From an uncultured Latescibacterota bacterium (GTDB taxonomy: Bacteria; Latescibacterota; UBA2968): a stretch of 64,000 nucleotides of DNA. Location: the NCBI GenBank assembly GCA_951812545.1, contig OX638317.1, positions 3,893,987 through 3,957,986 of the forward strand, read 5' to 3'. Positions 30,150-39,927 of the stretch are shown here, piece by piece. A program made the translations under genes and the position numbers. The notes below the pieces were generated by a model. It was not told the DNA's origin. It saw only the letters and a list, made by a program, of their open reading frames with translations, and searched no databases. Every line of letters begins with the position of its first letter. Positions within the stretch are counted from its first letter, which is position 1.

Positions 30150-31688
30150 CTATCGCGTATTCCTGACCAAATCCAAATCCGTACTGAACAAATCGCGTAT
30201 ATCGTTAATACCCAGCGCAACCATCGCCATGCGATCAACCCCCAACCCCCAGGCAATAACCGGAACATCCACACCCAGCGGTTGCGTAAGCTCGGGACGA
30301 AAAAGACCCGCGCCACCGAGTTCGATCCAGCCGAGAACAGGATGTTTCGCCTGAAGTTCGACCGAAGGCTCGGTAAAAGGAAAATAATCGGGCACATAGC
30401 GCACATCTTCGGATTGTGCGATCTCAAGAGCAAACAGCTTGAGCAAACCGAGCAAACTGCGAAAATTTATTTCCTCGCCCAGAACAATACCCTCAGCCTG
30501 AAAAAAATCTGCCGCGTGCGTGGCATCGACATCATCCGGACGAAAACAACGCGCAAGAGCGAAATACTTACCCGGGATATTCGGCTCTGAAGCAAGCGCA
30601 CGTCCCGAAAGCGCAGTGCCCTGACTCCGCAAAATAAGGCGGCGCGACTGTTCGGGATTAAATTCATAACGCCACCCGCGCGAACCAGTATCCCCCCCGT
30701 TTTGATGCGCCTCAGCCACCCTGGAAAAATGGGGTTCCTCGGCTTCTCGGGATTGCGTCGGCTCTGTAACATAATACGCATCGTGAATATTGCGCGCCGC
30801 GTGGAACTGCGGCATAAAAAGGGCATCCATATTCCAAAATTCTGTTTCGACCAGCGAACCTTTCATCTCTTCAAAACCGAGCGCCATCAACCGGCGCCGC
30901 ACATTGTCCAGATAAGCCCGATAGGGATGGTGCTTCCCAATAAGCACGCGCGGCGGCTTAATCGACAGATCATATCGGCGAAAAGACGCACCCTGCCATG
31001 TGCCTTTCTGAATCATTTCGGACGTAAGACGAGAAATTTCATCGCCCGTGAGATTGGCTTTGACAACCTCCACAAGCACGCGCTGTCCTTCTCCTGTAAG
31101 GCGATAAATCCGCTCCGTGCGCTCATCCAAACGAACAGGCCCCCTGCCCCCGCCGCGTTTGCGGGCATTGGCTTCAATATATTGGACAATATCACCGGGA
31201 AAATCATCAATCTCAATTCCAGCATCGGAAAATTTCTCAAATAATTCTGGCATCAGTCGATCAACAAAAAAAGAAGCACGCTCTGCATCGACAATAACAA
31301 CAGCCCCCTTGTCCAGATCGATAATCCCATCCTTTTTCAAACCACCAAAAGCACTGCCCCAGGCACCTCTGTCAAAACGCTCGTCGGCCTGCAAATCTTG
31401 AATCCCAACGCGCTCTGCGCTCGCCCGGGTCAAAAGCGCAGTCTCTGGCGTCGCACCCTTTGAAGCAAAATCCCGTCCCACTTCTGTAAGTGAAACAGTC
31501 ACGCGCGTATTTTCTCCAGTAACTTCGAGCAACTGCTTGGAAATCAACCACTCAACCGCGCGTCGAACCTGTCCCTCGCCGAGACCCGCACCACTTTGAA
31601 GTTGTGCATCGGACTGCTCGGCACTGGCATTATTCTCATATACACGCAAAATGCGAATTTCGAGAGCATGTAAAGATGCGAGATCCAT
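30150..31688 (-). CDS. pheS: Phenylalanine--tRNA ligase alpha subunit, archaeal/eukaryotic type (512 aa)
   Basis: Long N-terminal extension; FWNMDALFMPQFHAAR, YFPFTEPS, AWGLGVDR. Confidence 0.95.
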   Translation of the reverse strand: MDLASLHALEIRILRVYENNASAEQSDAQLQSGAGLGEGQVRRAVEWLISKQLLEVTGENTRVTVSLTEVGRDFASKGATPETALLTRASAERVGIQDLQADERFDRGAWGSAFGGLKKDGIIDLDKGAVVIVDAERASFFVDRLMPELFEKFSDAGIEIDDFPGDIVQYIEANARKRGGGRGPVRLDERTERIYRLTGEGQRVLVEVVKANLTGDEISRLTSEMIQKGTWQGASFRRYDLSIKPPRVLIGKHHPYRAYLDNVRRRLMALGFEEMKGSLVETEFWNMDALFMPQFHAARNIHDAYYVTEPTQSREAEEPHFSRVAEAHQNGGDTGSRGWRYEFNPEQSRRLILRSQGTALSGRALASEPNIPGKYFALARCFRPDDVDATHAADFFQAEGIVLGEEINFRSLLGLLKLFALEIAQSEDVRYVPDYFPFTEPSVELQAKHPVLGWIELGGAGLFRPELTQPLGVDVPVIAWGLGVDRMAMVALGINDIRDLFSTDLDLVRNTR

Positions 31689-31719
31689 TAATAGAAACTC
31701 CAATGTTAGTATTAAAAAC

Positions 31720-31985
31720 AAAAAAGCCCCTTCGTCATCATAGGGACGAAAGAGCTTTTCGCGGTACCACCCTATTTGCGCTTAAAAGCACCACTCAGTA
31801 GATGGCTGTCACCATCCTGCCCATTGTCGGCGGACCCACCGGCTCGGCTTAATAGGAAACTATCTTTCCATTCGGCTTTGCAGCTCGGGAGGGAACTTCA
31901 CCTGTGCATCCTGCAGATGTGCTTTCAGCCCAGGACACATCCTCTCTATCCAGTTGGGAACAGGCTACTTTTCTCCGTCATTGCT
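31720..31985 (-). ncRNA. T-box riboswitch with Phe (UUC) specifier
   Basis: GA motif, AGUA, AGAGA and GCUGA distal motifs, GAAG-UUC specifier (31895-31893), T-box AAAUAGGGUGGUACCGCG (31777-31760) pairing with CGUCCCU, and a terminator with U-tract. Confidence 0.95.
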
Positions 31986-31995
31986 TTGAGGGCGA

Positions 31996-32024
31996 AACAT
32001 AGAAATTTACGCTACAAGTGTCAA
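31996..32024 (-). promoter_or_regulatory. Sigma70 promoter of the T-box-pheST operon
   Basis: TTGACA-N17-TATGTT immediately 5' of the T-box. Confidence 0.75.
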
Positions 32025-32040
32025 GCCGAAAGTCGCAAAT

Positions 32041-34587
32041 CTATCCGCCAACCGTTTTTCCAAAAACCTGGACGAACATAAGAAAATCGGGGAAATCAAC
32101 ACTACCGTTCCCATCGATATCGTATTGAGCCTCGGACGATCCAAATGCACCCACAAACAGGAGAAAATCGGCAAAGTCGATTGTGCCATCTCTGTTAAAA
32201 TCCGATTTGGCTTCCACCGAAAGCGGCTGGACAACGCCAGAAATCGTCAGCATAAACCTCGCGCGGTCCGGATCATTGCTCAAAATATTGATACGACCCG
32301 AAAACTCGCCTTCCATAGGTTTGGGAAACGTAATCGTAACCGTCTGTGAACCCTCTGGCGCCAGCGTAAACATAGAAGGTTCAAACGTCAAACCCGGCAA
32401 ATCGCTCTCTATACCCGTAATCTCCAACGGCGCAGTACCCGTATTCTCAATAGTAAAAGTCTTTTGAACCGCCTTCTCAGCATCAATACTCCCGAAATCA
32501 ATAGCCGGTTCCCCCACAACCAGCACCGGTGCAGGTGCCGCCTGCACGATCACAGAAACGGATAATGTCTGTGTTGCGCGTTCCGGATCATTGCTCGAAA
32601 TATTGATATTCCCTGAAAACGTGCCCGCTGTCGAACTCGGAAACGTCACTGTCACTGTCTGTGAACCACCAGCTTCCAGTGTGAACATCATAGTATCAAA
32701 CGTCAATCCCGACACATTGCTCTCAATACCTGTAATCTCCAACGGCGCTGTACCCGTATTCGTAATCGTAATCATCTGCTGAACCGTTTTCGCCACCTCA
32801 ACAGTACCAAAGTCAATTGCGGATTCCTGAACTGCAATCGCCGGCACAGGTAGCGGTTGAACGATCACAGAAACGGATAATGTCTGTGTTGCACGATCCG
32901 GGTCATTACTCAAAATAGAGATACTTCCCGAAAACGTCCCTACCGTCGAACTCGGAAACGTCACCGTCACCGTCTGCGAACCTTCTAGCTCCAGCGTGAA
33001 CATAGAAGGCTCAAACGTCAAACCCGGCACATCGCTCTCAATACCCGTGATCTCCAACGGCGCTGTACCCGTATTTTGAACCGTGAAAGTTTTTTGAACC
33101 GTCTGTGCCACCTCAACAGTACCAAAATCAATCGCCGTTTGCTGAACCGCAATCACCGGCACAGGTAGCGGTTGAACGATCACAGACACGGATAAAGTCC
33201 GTGTTGCGCGATCCGGATCATTACTCGAAATCGTGATACTACCCGAAAACGTCCCTACCGTCGAACTCGGAAACGTAATCGTCACTGTGCGCGAACCATT
33301 GGGTGCCAGCGTAAACATAGAAGGCGTAAACATCAAACCCGGCACATCGCTCTCAATACCCGTAATCTCCAACGTTGCAGTACCCGTGTTCATAATCGCA
33401 ATCGTCTGTTGACCTGTTTGGCCTGCCTCAACAGTACCGAAATTAACCGCCGTTTGCTGAACCGCAATCACCGGCACTGGAGGCGGTTGCACGATCACAG
33501 AAACGGATAATGTCTGTGTTGCACGTTCCGGGTCGTTACTCGAAATAGTGATATTTCCCGAAATCGTGCCCTCCGTAGAACTCGGAAACGTCACCGTCAC
33601 TGTGCGTGAACTGTTGGGTTCCAGTGTGAACGTAGAAGGCTCAAACGTCAATCCCGACACATTACTCTCGATACCCGTAATCTCAAGGGGTGCAGTTCCC
33701 GTATTTTGGACTGTGAAAGTCTCTTGAATCGGTTGTGCAAACGCAACAGTACCGAAATCAACTGCCGTTTGCTGAACAGCGATCACCGGCACAGGGGGAG
33801 GTTGAACGATACCAGAAACGGATAATGTTTGTGTTGCACGATCCGGATCATTACTCGAAATAGTGATACTACCCAAAATTTCGCCCTCCGTGGCGTTGGG
33901 CAACGTCACAGTAACAGTCTGTGAACCGTTGGGTACCAGCGTGAACATAGACGGATCAAATGTCAAACCCGGCACATCGCTCTCAATACCCGTAATCTCC
34001 AACGTTGCAGTACCCGTGTTCTCAATCGTAATCTTCTGTTCACCCGGTTGACCTGCGTCAATCGTGCCGAAATCAACTGCTGTTTGCTGCACAGCGATGA
34101 CAGGTGCAGGTGGCGGTAGTTGCGCCAACAGTTCATTAACCTTGTTTTTCACGCTTGTAACAGAACTTGAACTCAGACTACCCGTGGCGGGTAATGCCAC
34201 AGTCCCATTGGGACCAACAACAACGAAGTTCTCGTACGAGGCAGGAGCAGAACCACCCGCATCTAAAAGCATGGGAAAGGTGATACCTCCGTTCCTGCGA
34301 AAGCCATCAACCTGTGACTGACTACCATTCCAGGCATCGAGACCGAGCATCTCAACATTGGGATTTGATTTATAATCTTGCCATAAACCTTCGAGTCGCG
34401 GACCCGCGGCTCTACAGGTCGGTCAGCCATATCCAATAATCGCAAGCACGAGCACTTTGCCGCGATAGTCAGAAGCACTATATGTCTTGCCATCGAGGCC
34501 CCGTAGAGAAAAATTAACCGTTTGTGCAGAGGCAGCCCCAACGAGCAAAAGCAGAATCATCGGGATGGATAATAGATATTGGCGCAT
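32041..34587 (-). CDS. Putative secreted selenoprotein: UxxC redoxin + 6 Ig-like (choice-of-anchor D/ASH-like) repeats + dockerin/EF-hand tail (848 aa)
   Basis: ATG 34587, signal peptide, SDYRGKVLVLAIIGYG-UGA(34425-34423)-PTC, in frame with the 769-aa ORF; SECIS-like hairpin follows. Confidence 0.85.
32200..34105 (-). repeat. Six intragenic ~315-bp tandem repeats (Ig-like domains)
   Basis: Each unit reads P(V/A)xAVQxTAxDFG...NTGTA(P/T)LEITGIES...SNDP(D/E)RA. Confidence 0.92.
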
Positions 34588-34646
34588 GGCATTTATCCTT
34601 CATATATTGGTGAAAGGGAAGATATATTTGTTAAGCGATAGATCTC

Positions 34647-35636
34647 CTATCCACCAACCTTTCTTCCAAAAGAATCGACAAAGAGGAGAAAATCGGACAA
34701 ACCGACCACACCATCGCCATCGATATCGTATGTGGAATCGGTTGATCCAAATGCATTCACAAATAAAAGAAAATCGGTAATATTAACTTCTTTATCTCTA
34801 TTAAAATCGGCCTTGGGATTGGCAAAATGGCCCTGGATTATTATAGAAACGGATAAGGTATGCATCGCGCGGTTCGGATCATTGCTCAAAATGTTAATAA
34901 GCCCCGAAAACTCCCCTGCAGTCGAACCTGGAAACACGATCATAACCGCAGCCGAACTATCAGGAGATAGTGTAAACATAGAAGGCTCAAACGTCAAACC
35001 CGGCACATCGCTCTCAATACCCGTAATCTCAAGGGGAGCCGTACCCGTATTTGTGATCGTAATAGTTTGTTGATCTGTTTGACCAGCATCAATAGTGCCG
35101 AAATCAACTGCCGTTTGCTGCACAGCGATCACTGGCATCTGGGGTATTTGTCTTAACAGATTCTCAACCACTGCTTCTGTTGATCCAGCAGAAATGGATG
35201 ATCTCAAACCGCTTTTTGACAATCCCACAATCCCATCGTGACCAACGACAATGAGATCCTCCATATTAAATGGGGTACCTGCTATTCGACCTGCGTTTAG
35301 AAGCAAGGGAAAGGTGACACCCGTCCTATTCTTAAAAGACTGAACCTGAGACCGCTTGCCATTCCAAATATCGAGACCAAACATCTTAACATTGGGGTTA
35401 TTTTCATACTTTTCCCAAAACGCTTTGAGTGAGGGACCCGCCCCCAGACAGCTTCCTCAACTCCACCCAAAGGCCGCCAGCACGATCACTTTGCCGCGAT
35501 AGTCAGAAGTGCTATGTGTATTACCGTCAAGGTCCTGTAGGGAAAAATCAGCAATCGGTTGCCCGACAGTTGCGGCAGAAGTAGATCCAACGAGCAGAAG
35601 TAAAATCATCGGGATGGACAATAGATATTGGCGCAT
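34647..35636 (-). CDS. Putative secreted selenoprotein: UxxC redoxin + 1 Ig-like domain + dockerin/EF-hand tail (329 aa)
   Basis: ATG 35636, SDYRGKVIVLAAFGWS-UGA(35459-35457)-GSC, in frame with the 245-aa ORF; paralog of the adjacent gene. Confidence 0.85.
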
Positions 35637-35683
35637 GGTATTTATCCTCATATATTGATGAAAGTAGTGACAACCAAAACCTT

Positions 35684-35716
35684 CTGGATCGCGGCTAAAA
35701 CCATGCCGCGATGACG
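35684..35716. repeat. CGTC-type REP-like hairpin
   Basis: CTGGATCGCGGCTAAAACCATGCCGCGATGACG. Confidence 0.85.
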
Positions 35717-35819
35717 ATTGCTATATTGGGCCCCTCAATAATGTATTACCTTCACTAAAGGTTATCAACGCTTCAATCTAACAGAAGTTTCTCCACGGGT
35801 CAACTGCAAGGAGTGAGCA

Positions 35820-36659
35820 ATGGACATCCTCACCGATCAAAAAAAATCGTTTTTTGATACCTTTGGATTTCTCGCATTTCCAGATTTATTGGCAGATTGC
35901 ATCGACGAAATTATCGATGCTTTTGAAGCGATATGGAATCAACGGGGTGGGGGACACAACGGGCAACCGCACGACGGCATGCGTCGATCGTGCATTGTGC
36001 CATTTATTGACCAGCACGAACGGCTGTGCGCGCTATTAGATGATCCGCGGATAAAAGAAATCCTGGTCGGATTACTGGGTGAAAATTTCAACTACATGGG
36101 ATCAGACGGAAATTATTATGCTGGAGACACGCAATGGCATTCGGATGGCTGGGGCAAGGAAATACGATTTGTAAAAATAGCCCTGTACCTGGATCCCCTA
36201 ACGCGCGACACGGGTTGTTTGCGCGTCATTCCGGGAAGTCACCATCTCAAAGATCAATACGCAAATGATATTGAAAACACCGTCCGAAACTCCCACGACC
36301 AATGGAGCATTCACGGACCAGAAGTCCCTGCATTAGCGCTGGAAACCAATCCGGGCGATGTCGTCGTATTCAATCACAACTTAAAACACGCGGCCTTTGG
36401 CGGCAGTCCGCGTCGGCGAATGTTCACCATCAACTGCAGCGAACGCTTCCCTGAAGATGAAGAACACATTGCACTATTAAAAACACAGATTGCCGCACGC
36501 GCGCGGTTCTGGAACGATCGCGCTTACGGAAAAATCATGCTCGCAACCGCTGGTCCCGAACGCAAAAAACATCTGACACAAGTCATGGCACACGACGATC
36601 ACCTCGCCGAACTCTCCGCACGCGCAAGAGAAGAAATGCCCGAGCCATCGCGAGGATAA
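35820..36659 (+). CDS. Phytanoyl-CoA dioxygenase (PhyH) family protein
   Basis: WHSD, GCLRVIPGSH, PGDVVVFNHNLKH, RRMF. Confidence 0.9.
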   Translation: MDILTDQKKSFFDTFGFLAFPDLLADCIDEIIDAFEAIWNQRGGGHNGQPHDGMRRSCIVPFIDQHERLCALLDDPRIKEILVGLLGENFNYMGSDGNYYAGDTQWHSDGWGKEIRFVKIALYLDPLTRDTGCLRVIPGSHHLKDQYANDIENTVRNSHDQWSIHGPEVPALALETNPGDVVVFNHNLKHAAFGGSPRRRMFTINCSERFPEDEEHIALLKTQIAARARFWNDRAYGKIMLATAGPERKKHLTQVMAHDDHLAELSARAREEMPEPSRG

Positions 36660-36682
36660 CGCGGACACTATCAAAAACCCAC

Positions 36683-36717
36683 AAAGCCCTGTGATCTCGA
36701 ATCGCGGGGCTTTTTTT
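36683..36717 (+). terminator. Intrinsic terminator
   Basis: AAAGCCCTGTGAT/ATCGCGGGGCTTT plus T-tract. Confidence 0.8.
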
Positions 36718-36794
36718 ATTTAGGAATCCGCGCTTTCGGGTCACATATATATAGCGATCAAAAAAACAAGCGATCAGCAGCCAGCAAAAACCTT

Positions 36795-36826
36795 CTGGAT
36801 CGCGGCTTAATACATGCCGCGATGAC
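36795..36826. repeat. CGTC-type REP-like hairpin
   Basis: CTGGATCGCGGCTTAATACATGCCGCGATGAC. Confidence 0.85.
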
Positions 36827-36926
36827 AGACGGGAGCCTGCCCCGTAATGACTGCCGTATAGAATCATTGCCTATACGGGGACACGGGGATCGTCCCAGGC
36901 ACAGCAACTATCTATCCGGAGTTACA

Positions 36927-37307
36927 ATGAGCAAACGCGATGCAGAGAGCGTAGAATCCTCGCAACAAGAAGTCCAATCCGATTCCAATACAGGTGGCGA
37001 AACACAAACAGAAAAACTGGATTTCAGAATGGAAACTTCGCCACAAGATTCACTGGTGAAAATTGTGTATTGGATCCCAGAAGCGGTTTATTCAGACTCT
37101 GTCTTTGTAGAACTCGATTTCTTTAATAGTCAGGGCGCAAGGGCGGCCAAACTGGTCAACAAAACACACGCGCCGGGCTCTTATACGACGTTCTTATCTA
37201 AACAGGGACTTCCCGACGGAATATACTTTGTGAGACTACACGCAAACCGATCAGACAAAAATGCCCAGGTACGAAAATTGAATCTAATTTGGACAGAAAG
37301 AAAGTGA
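36927..37307 (+). CDS. Hypothetical protein resembling a stand-alone FlgD-Ig/T9SS-CTD-like domain
   Basis: VELDFFNSQGA...LPDGIYFVRL...RKLNL pattern. Confidence 0.6.
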   Translation: MSKRDAESVESSQQEVQSDSNTGGETQTEKLDFRMETSPQDSLVKIVYWIPEAVYSDSVFVELDFFNSQGARAAKLVNKTHAPGSYTTFLSKQGLPDGIYFVRLHANRSDKNAQVRKLNLIWTERK

Positions 37308-37315
37308 GGCTCAAC

Positions 37316-38599
37316 ATGTATTTCAACAAGCGCAAACTAATATTTAGTCTGGTGATATGTCTGAGTGCATATTCCGTGTGTTTTGCACAACAGCCAACCC
37401 ATTCTAAAGAAGAAATGAAGCGGTTTAATCAATTTAGGAGCGGATACCCTTTCGAAACCACAGAACAGTACTGGGAGAGCATTCTGGGACTGGAGCAACT
37501 ACTTGTCGATTATCCCAACACCTTTTTGAAAGGCGACATCGCCATCACCCTGTTGAATTATTACCAACACGTCACCGATGATCCACACCTGTTGATAGAG
37601 CTATCTGACAGAATGCTCGCATTGCGGATGCATGCCAATGGCACTTATGAAACGGCTGCTCGGATACTCGTGGACAAGAAAGTGAAATCTGATAAGACAC
37701 TTCTGTATGCACAGAACGCATTAAAAGAAGCGCTGCAGAACCAGAAAAAATGGGAAAATTACGGTAAAAGAGAATTAATCTGCCGGGATCTATTAGCGCG
37801 TGCTTATCAACTCCTTGGACAACACGACCGCGCTGTCACAGAAATAAAAACTGTGATTCGCGGTTGGCAAACACGAGAAGATTTAGGCAACCTGGAACTG
37901 GCATCACGACAGGCATCTGTAGATAAAGCAAAAACCCACTTGCTTCGGATCTATATCGACCAAAAAGCATGGAAAACTGCTTATGAACTCGCCTCAGAAC
38001 TATTGCTAACCTCAGTCACACGCCGAGATATTGCAGAACTGTGGAGCCAGGCTTATGTTGGCAAACACGGCTCAGGTGCGAGAATGAGCAAAGCTTATGC
38101 TACCTTAAAATCCGAGTGGGATAAGAAAATCATCCAAAGCGTCGAAAAAAAACGCATTTCACGCCCCGCACCCACCTTTGAAGTCCAAAAACTGGACGGT
38201 GAGAAAATCACTTCCGCAGACTTAAAAGGCAAAGCTTTGGTACTAACATTTTGGGCGGGATGGTGCAGCCCGTGCATTGAAGAACTGCCCTATCTCCAAA
38301 ACCTCAAAACGCAATTTCTCAAGCAAAATGTCGAATTTTTAGCGATAAATATCGACCAGGACAGCTCAACACGCCGGGACATGGTCGCCAGCTTTCGGTA
38401 CCAGAACGCACCGCTCTTAACCTTTGCGTTGGGCGATCTGGAAATGCGAAAAGCGTTTGGCTCTGCCGAGATTCCCTATACCTGTATCATCGATCAGAAC
38501 GGACAGATTCGATATGAACGCAAGGGATTAGGTGCTGATTTCAGCGTGGCAATGGCGCATCAATTGCAATGGGTCATAGGAATGAACGAAACACAGTAA
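37316..38599 (+). CDS. TlpA-family thiol:disulfide oxidoreductase with N-terminal TPR-like region
   Basis: Signal peptide; LKGKALVLTFWAGWCSPCIEELP; IPYT cis-Pro. Confidence 0.88.
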   Translation: MYFNKRKLIFSLVICLSAYSVCFAQQPTHSKEEMKRFNQFRSGYPFETTEQYWESILGLEQLLVDYPNTFLKGDIAITLLNYYQHVTDDPHLLIELSDRMLALRMHANGTYETAARILVDKKVKSDKTLLYAQNALKEALQNQKKWENYGKRELICRDLLARAYQLLGQHDRAVTEIKTVIRGWQTREDLGNLELASRQASVDKAKTHLLRIYIDQKAWKTAYELASELLLTSVTRRDIAELWSQAYVGKHGSGARMSKAYATLKSEWDKKIIQSVEKKRISRPAPTFEVQKLDGEKITSADLKGKALVLTFWAGWCSPCIEELPYLQNLKTQFLKQNVEFLAINIDQDSSTRRDMVASFRYQNAPLLTFALGDLEMRKAFGSAEIPYTCIIDQNGQIRYERKGLGADFSVAMAHQLQWVIGMNETQ

Positions 38600-38618
38600 C
38601 GAAAGTTACTGATAAAAC

Positions 38619-38654
38619 AAAACGGGCTGTGAGCAGATTGCACAGCCCGTTTTT
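38619..38654 (+). terminator. Intrinsic terminator
   Basis: AAACGGGCTGTG/CACAGCCCGTTT plus T-tract. Confidence 0.85.
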
Positions 38655-38695
38655 ATATGGCAAACAGGATAATCATGCAAAAAATAATTTTAGTC

Positions 38696-38724
38696 TTGCA
38701 TGTGTACAAATAAAGTTGTACAAT
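38696..38724 (+). promoter_or_regulatory. TA promoter with overlapping operator palindrome
   Basis: TTGCAT-N17-TACAAT; TGTACAA-N6-TTGTACA. Confidence 0.7.
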
Positions 38725-38729
38725 TGAAT

Positions 38730-39116
38730 ATGCCTGACCGAGAATACATCTTATTTGAAGGTGATCAATACACTATTGAATGGTATTACGGATCAAATGG
38801 TAAAAGTCAGGCCCTAACATATTTTAATCGCTTAGACCGGAGACAAAAAATAAAACTTATTAAGCTGGTCGAGATAATGGGCACGATAGGTGTTATCAGA
38901 AATAAGCAACAGTTCAATTATGAGGGGAATGGTATTTATGCTTTTAAGCCTCAACCCAATCGTTTTCTCTGTTTTTTTTATTCAGAAAAGAAAATTATTG
39001 TAACCAATGCCTTTCAGAAGAAAACTCAGAAACTGCCAAAAGGGGAAAGGGAAAGAGCTTTGCGGACGAAAGCAGATTATGAGCAGCGAGTTGAGAGGAG
39101 ATGCTATTATGAATAA
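38730..39116 (+). CDS. RelE/HigB-like (Gp49-type) toxin
   Basis: GIYAFK...RFLCFF...IIVTNAFQKKTQKLP. Confidence 0.87.
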   Translation: MPDREYILFEGDQYTIEWYYGSNGKSQALTYFNRLDRRQKIKLIKLVEIMGTIGVIRNKQQFNYEGNGIYAFKPQPNRFLCFFYSEKKIIVTNAFQKKTQKLPKGERERALRTKADYEQRVERRCYYE

Positions 39117-39408
39117 AAAACCGATATCTACTTATGAACGGCTGATGCGAGATCCGGAGTTTAGAGAAGAATATGAAAAGGAATACAAGGAATTTGCCCT
39201 TTCAGAATTACTTCTGGCACTCATGGATGGCGATGACAAATCAGTTCGAAAGTTGGCAAAAGAAGCAGGATTATCCGCCAATACAATTCAAAATATCCGA
39301 TCTGGAAGACAGAAAGACATTCGCCTACAGAGCTTTAAGAACATCGTGCAAGCCTACGGATTTCGGATTATCTTGGAAAAAGATGGAGAGCGGATACCTG
39401 TTGTCTGA
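39109..39408 (+). CDS. XRE-HTH antitoxin
   Basis: DPEFREEY; SVRKLAKEAGLSANTIQNIRSG; overlaps the toxin stop. Confidence 0.87.
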   Translation: MNKKPISTYERLMRDPEFREEYEKEYKEFALSELLLALMDGDDKSVRKLAKEAGLSANTIQNIRSGRQKDIRLQSFKNIVQAYGFRIILEKDGERIPVV

Positions 39409-39435
39409 TACCAAATCTTCAACTGCTCAAAATGG

Positions 39436-39467
39436 AAAAGGGACGCGAAATAATGTGCGTCCCTTTT
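39436..39467. terminator. Bidirectional terminator
   Basis: AAAAGGGACGC/GCGTCCCTTTT. Confidence 0.75.
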
Positions 39468-39480
39468 GCTTTTTAATTTT

Positions 39481-39541
39481 CAAATTACTACGAGAGAATC
39501 TCGTCAATCTCTTCCATCTCCTCATCGCTGAGTTGCCAACC
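39481..39541 (-). repeat. Diverged duplicate of the aldo-keto reductase 3' end
   Basis: 56/61 identity to 39921-39981. Confidence 0.9.
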
Positions 39542-39779
39542 ATTCTCTTACTTGAACGTCAAGTGAATCACGACTGGTATGAAAAAAATAAAATTCCCGT
39601 TCGGGATATTGCTGGTGAAGGATCTGATACCGTTTCATTGCTGTTTTGCCATCAGGACATTCCTCTACAACTGTTAGACGATTGAGATGCCGCTGATAAT
39701 CAGAGGTTGTATGGGCTTCTAATGCCTCAATAATCAGCCATTTATTGGGATGACTTTTGCATATCTCAGACCAGTGCAT
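39522..39779 (-). CDS. Small hypothetical protein (MHWSEICKSHPNKWLIIEA...)
   Basis: Protein-like ORF with GAGGA RBS; its last codons come from the duplicated segment. Confidence 0.65.
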   Translation of the reverse strand: MHWSEICKSHPNKWLIIEALEAHTTSDYQRHLNRLTVVEECPDGKTAMKRYQILHQQYPEREFYFFHTSRDSLDVQVREWLATQR

Positions 39780-39927
39780 ATAACATATTCCTCTAAAGCG
39801 AGCGTTGTTTGAATTTTGTTTGAAACACAAGCCCTAAACTCTCCACCGAAGCTCCATATCCTCAAAAACAAAAGGTGTGGCAATGACGCGATTTTGTCAA
39901 TCGCATTTCAAAACTTATTCCAAATTA

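Noticed and set aside
30134-30433. Long pheT N-terminus in the ORF track
   Set aside because: It overlaps pheS; the likely start is MPTITV at 30133 with an AGGAG RBS.
34423-35459. Nonsense mutations or pseudogenes in the two redoxin genes
   Set aside because: The same TGA at the catalytic column in two diverged paralogs, with intact downstream frames and hairpins, fits Sec better than decay.
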